From positions 98,580,001-98,644,000 of the forward strand of contig NC_086373.1 of the NCBI RefSeq assembly GCF_036588685.1: a stretch of DNA of 64,000 nucleotides. Reading direction: 5' to 3'. Source of the DNA: Mytilus trossulus. Taxonomy: Eukaryota. How positions within the stretch are numbered: position 1 is the first letter of the stretch; every line of letters starts with the position of its first letter. Of this stretch, positions 63,292 to 64,000 are shown in pieces. The notes under the pieces were generated by a model, which was not told the DNA's origin, made no database searches, and was given only the letters and a program-made list of their open reading frames with translations. A program made the position numbers and the translations under genes.

Positions 63292-63517
63292 ACATTTTAT
63301 CCCGATGTTCTATTTTAGCAATGCCAGCAATTTTGGTTGACAGACAAGGTCATCAGATACGTTTTGTAAAGTAGATACCCCAAAATTGATTGCAGCCATT
63401 TTTGTGTAAATTTGCCGACTCCAGTAGTTTCCACAGAATATTTTTGGAAAAGTGTACGGAAGATAAGAACGAAGAGATCAGAAAAGCTCACTTGGTCTTT
63501 TGGCCAGGTGGGCTAAA
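63292..63517 (-). mobile_element. Degenerate terminal fragment of family A HINE
   Basis: Ends AAAAGCTCACTTGGTCTTTTGGCCAGGTGGGCTAAAA. Confidence 0.65.
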
Positions 63518-64000
63518 ATAAAAGAGAACCCATTAAAACTGACAAAATCAAACATTATTAACCAACCAAACGTGTGTTGAACATATGTTGTATTCCCGAT
63601 TTCGTATAGGCCTTTTCTGAAGACGAATATATGGATTAAGCTTGGTTTTATAGATAGCTAAACCTCCCACTTGAAAGGCAATTCTTTCAAGGTCTGTTAT
63701 ATTGCTAATATTGGGTTAACTTTTCAGAAAACTGTCATTTATTTTGGCAAATTGGTCATTTGCAATGTTCATTTACATTAATGACTTCACAATACATCAC
63801 TTAATGTAACAATAGATAAAAATATCTTTTTTGACTACAACATTCGAACAGTTTAACATACATTTTCATCAAATTAATATTCATAGCATAATCCCAAATA
63901 CAAATTTTCAAATATTCCTGGAACCAACTCTTTTAAAGTCGAATGGAAGGATTATCAAGACAAGATCTGCAAACATGACGCTAAAAAATCAAGCAATGAG

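Noticed and set aside
56600-64000. Short ORFs (60-95 aa) downstream of GALE and throughout intergenic and intronic DNA
   Set aside because: Low-complexity AT-rich translations, or within repeats; I found no coherent exon chain.

Overview
AT-rich, intron-rich animal genomic DNA; the repeat complement resembles bivalve molluscs such as Mytilus, but that is inference only. I reconstructed five intact spliced genes by hand from GT-AG junctions and reading frame: actin (minus, 2 coding exons, 376 aa), a LAPTM4-family lysosomal tetraspan protein (plus, 7 exons, 258 aa), RTF2 (minus, 8 exons, 314 aa) and two divergently oriented UDP-glucose 4-epimerase (GALE) genes flanking RTF2. The plus-strand GALE (346 aa) is canonical and has the Cys gatekeeper. 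The minus-strand GALE (342 aa, same 9-exon structure, about 69% aa identity by hand count) is intact and keeps the NAD and catalytic residues. Its sugar pocket is remodelled: gatekeeper C307 becomes F, N206/N207 become A/Y, plus changes at F88, A93, V94, T134 and P188 (human numbering). It is the best candidate for an undescribed function. Exon 1 of the two copies looks gene-converted. Non-coding DNA is packed with Helentron-associated (HINE/DINE-1-like) elements carrying internal satellites, MITEs with clear TIRs and TSDs, a three-level transposon nest, and 37-53 bp palindromic mini-elements with 7-bp TSDs. A 36-bp minisatellite starts at an RTF2 splice donor, and several decayed duplicates of exon edges occur. 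All alignments and counts are by eye; no database searches were run.
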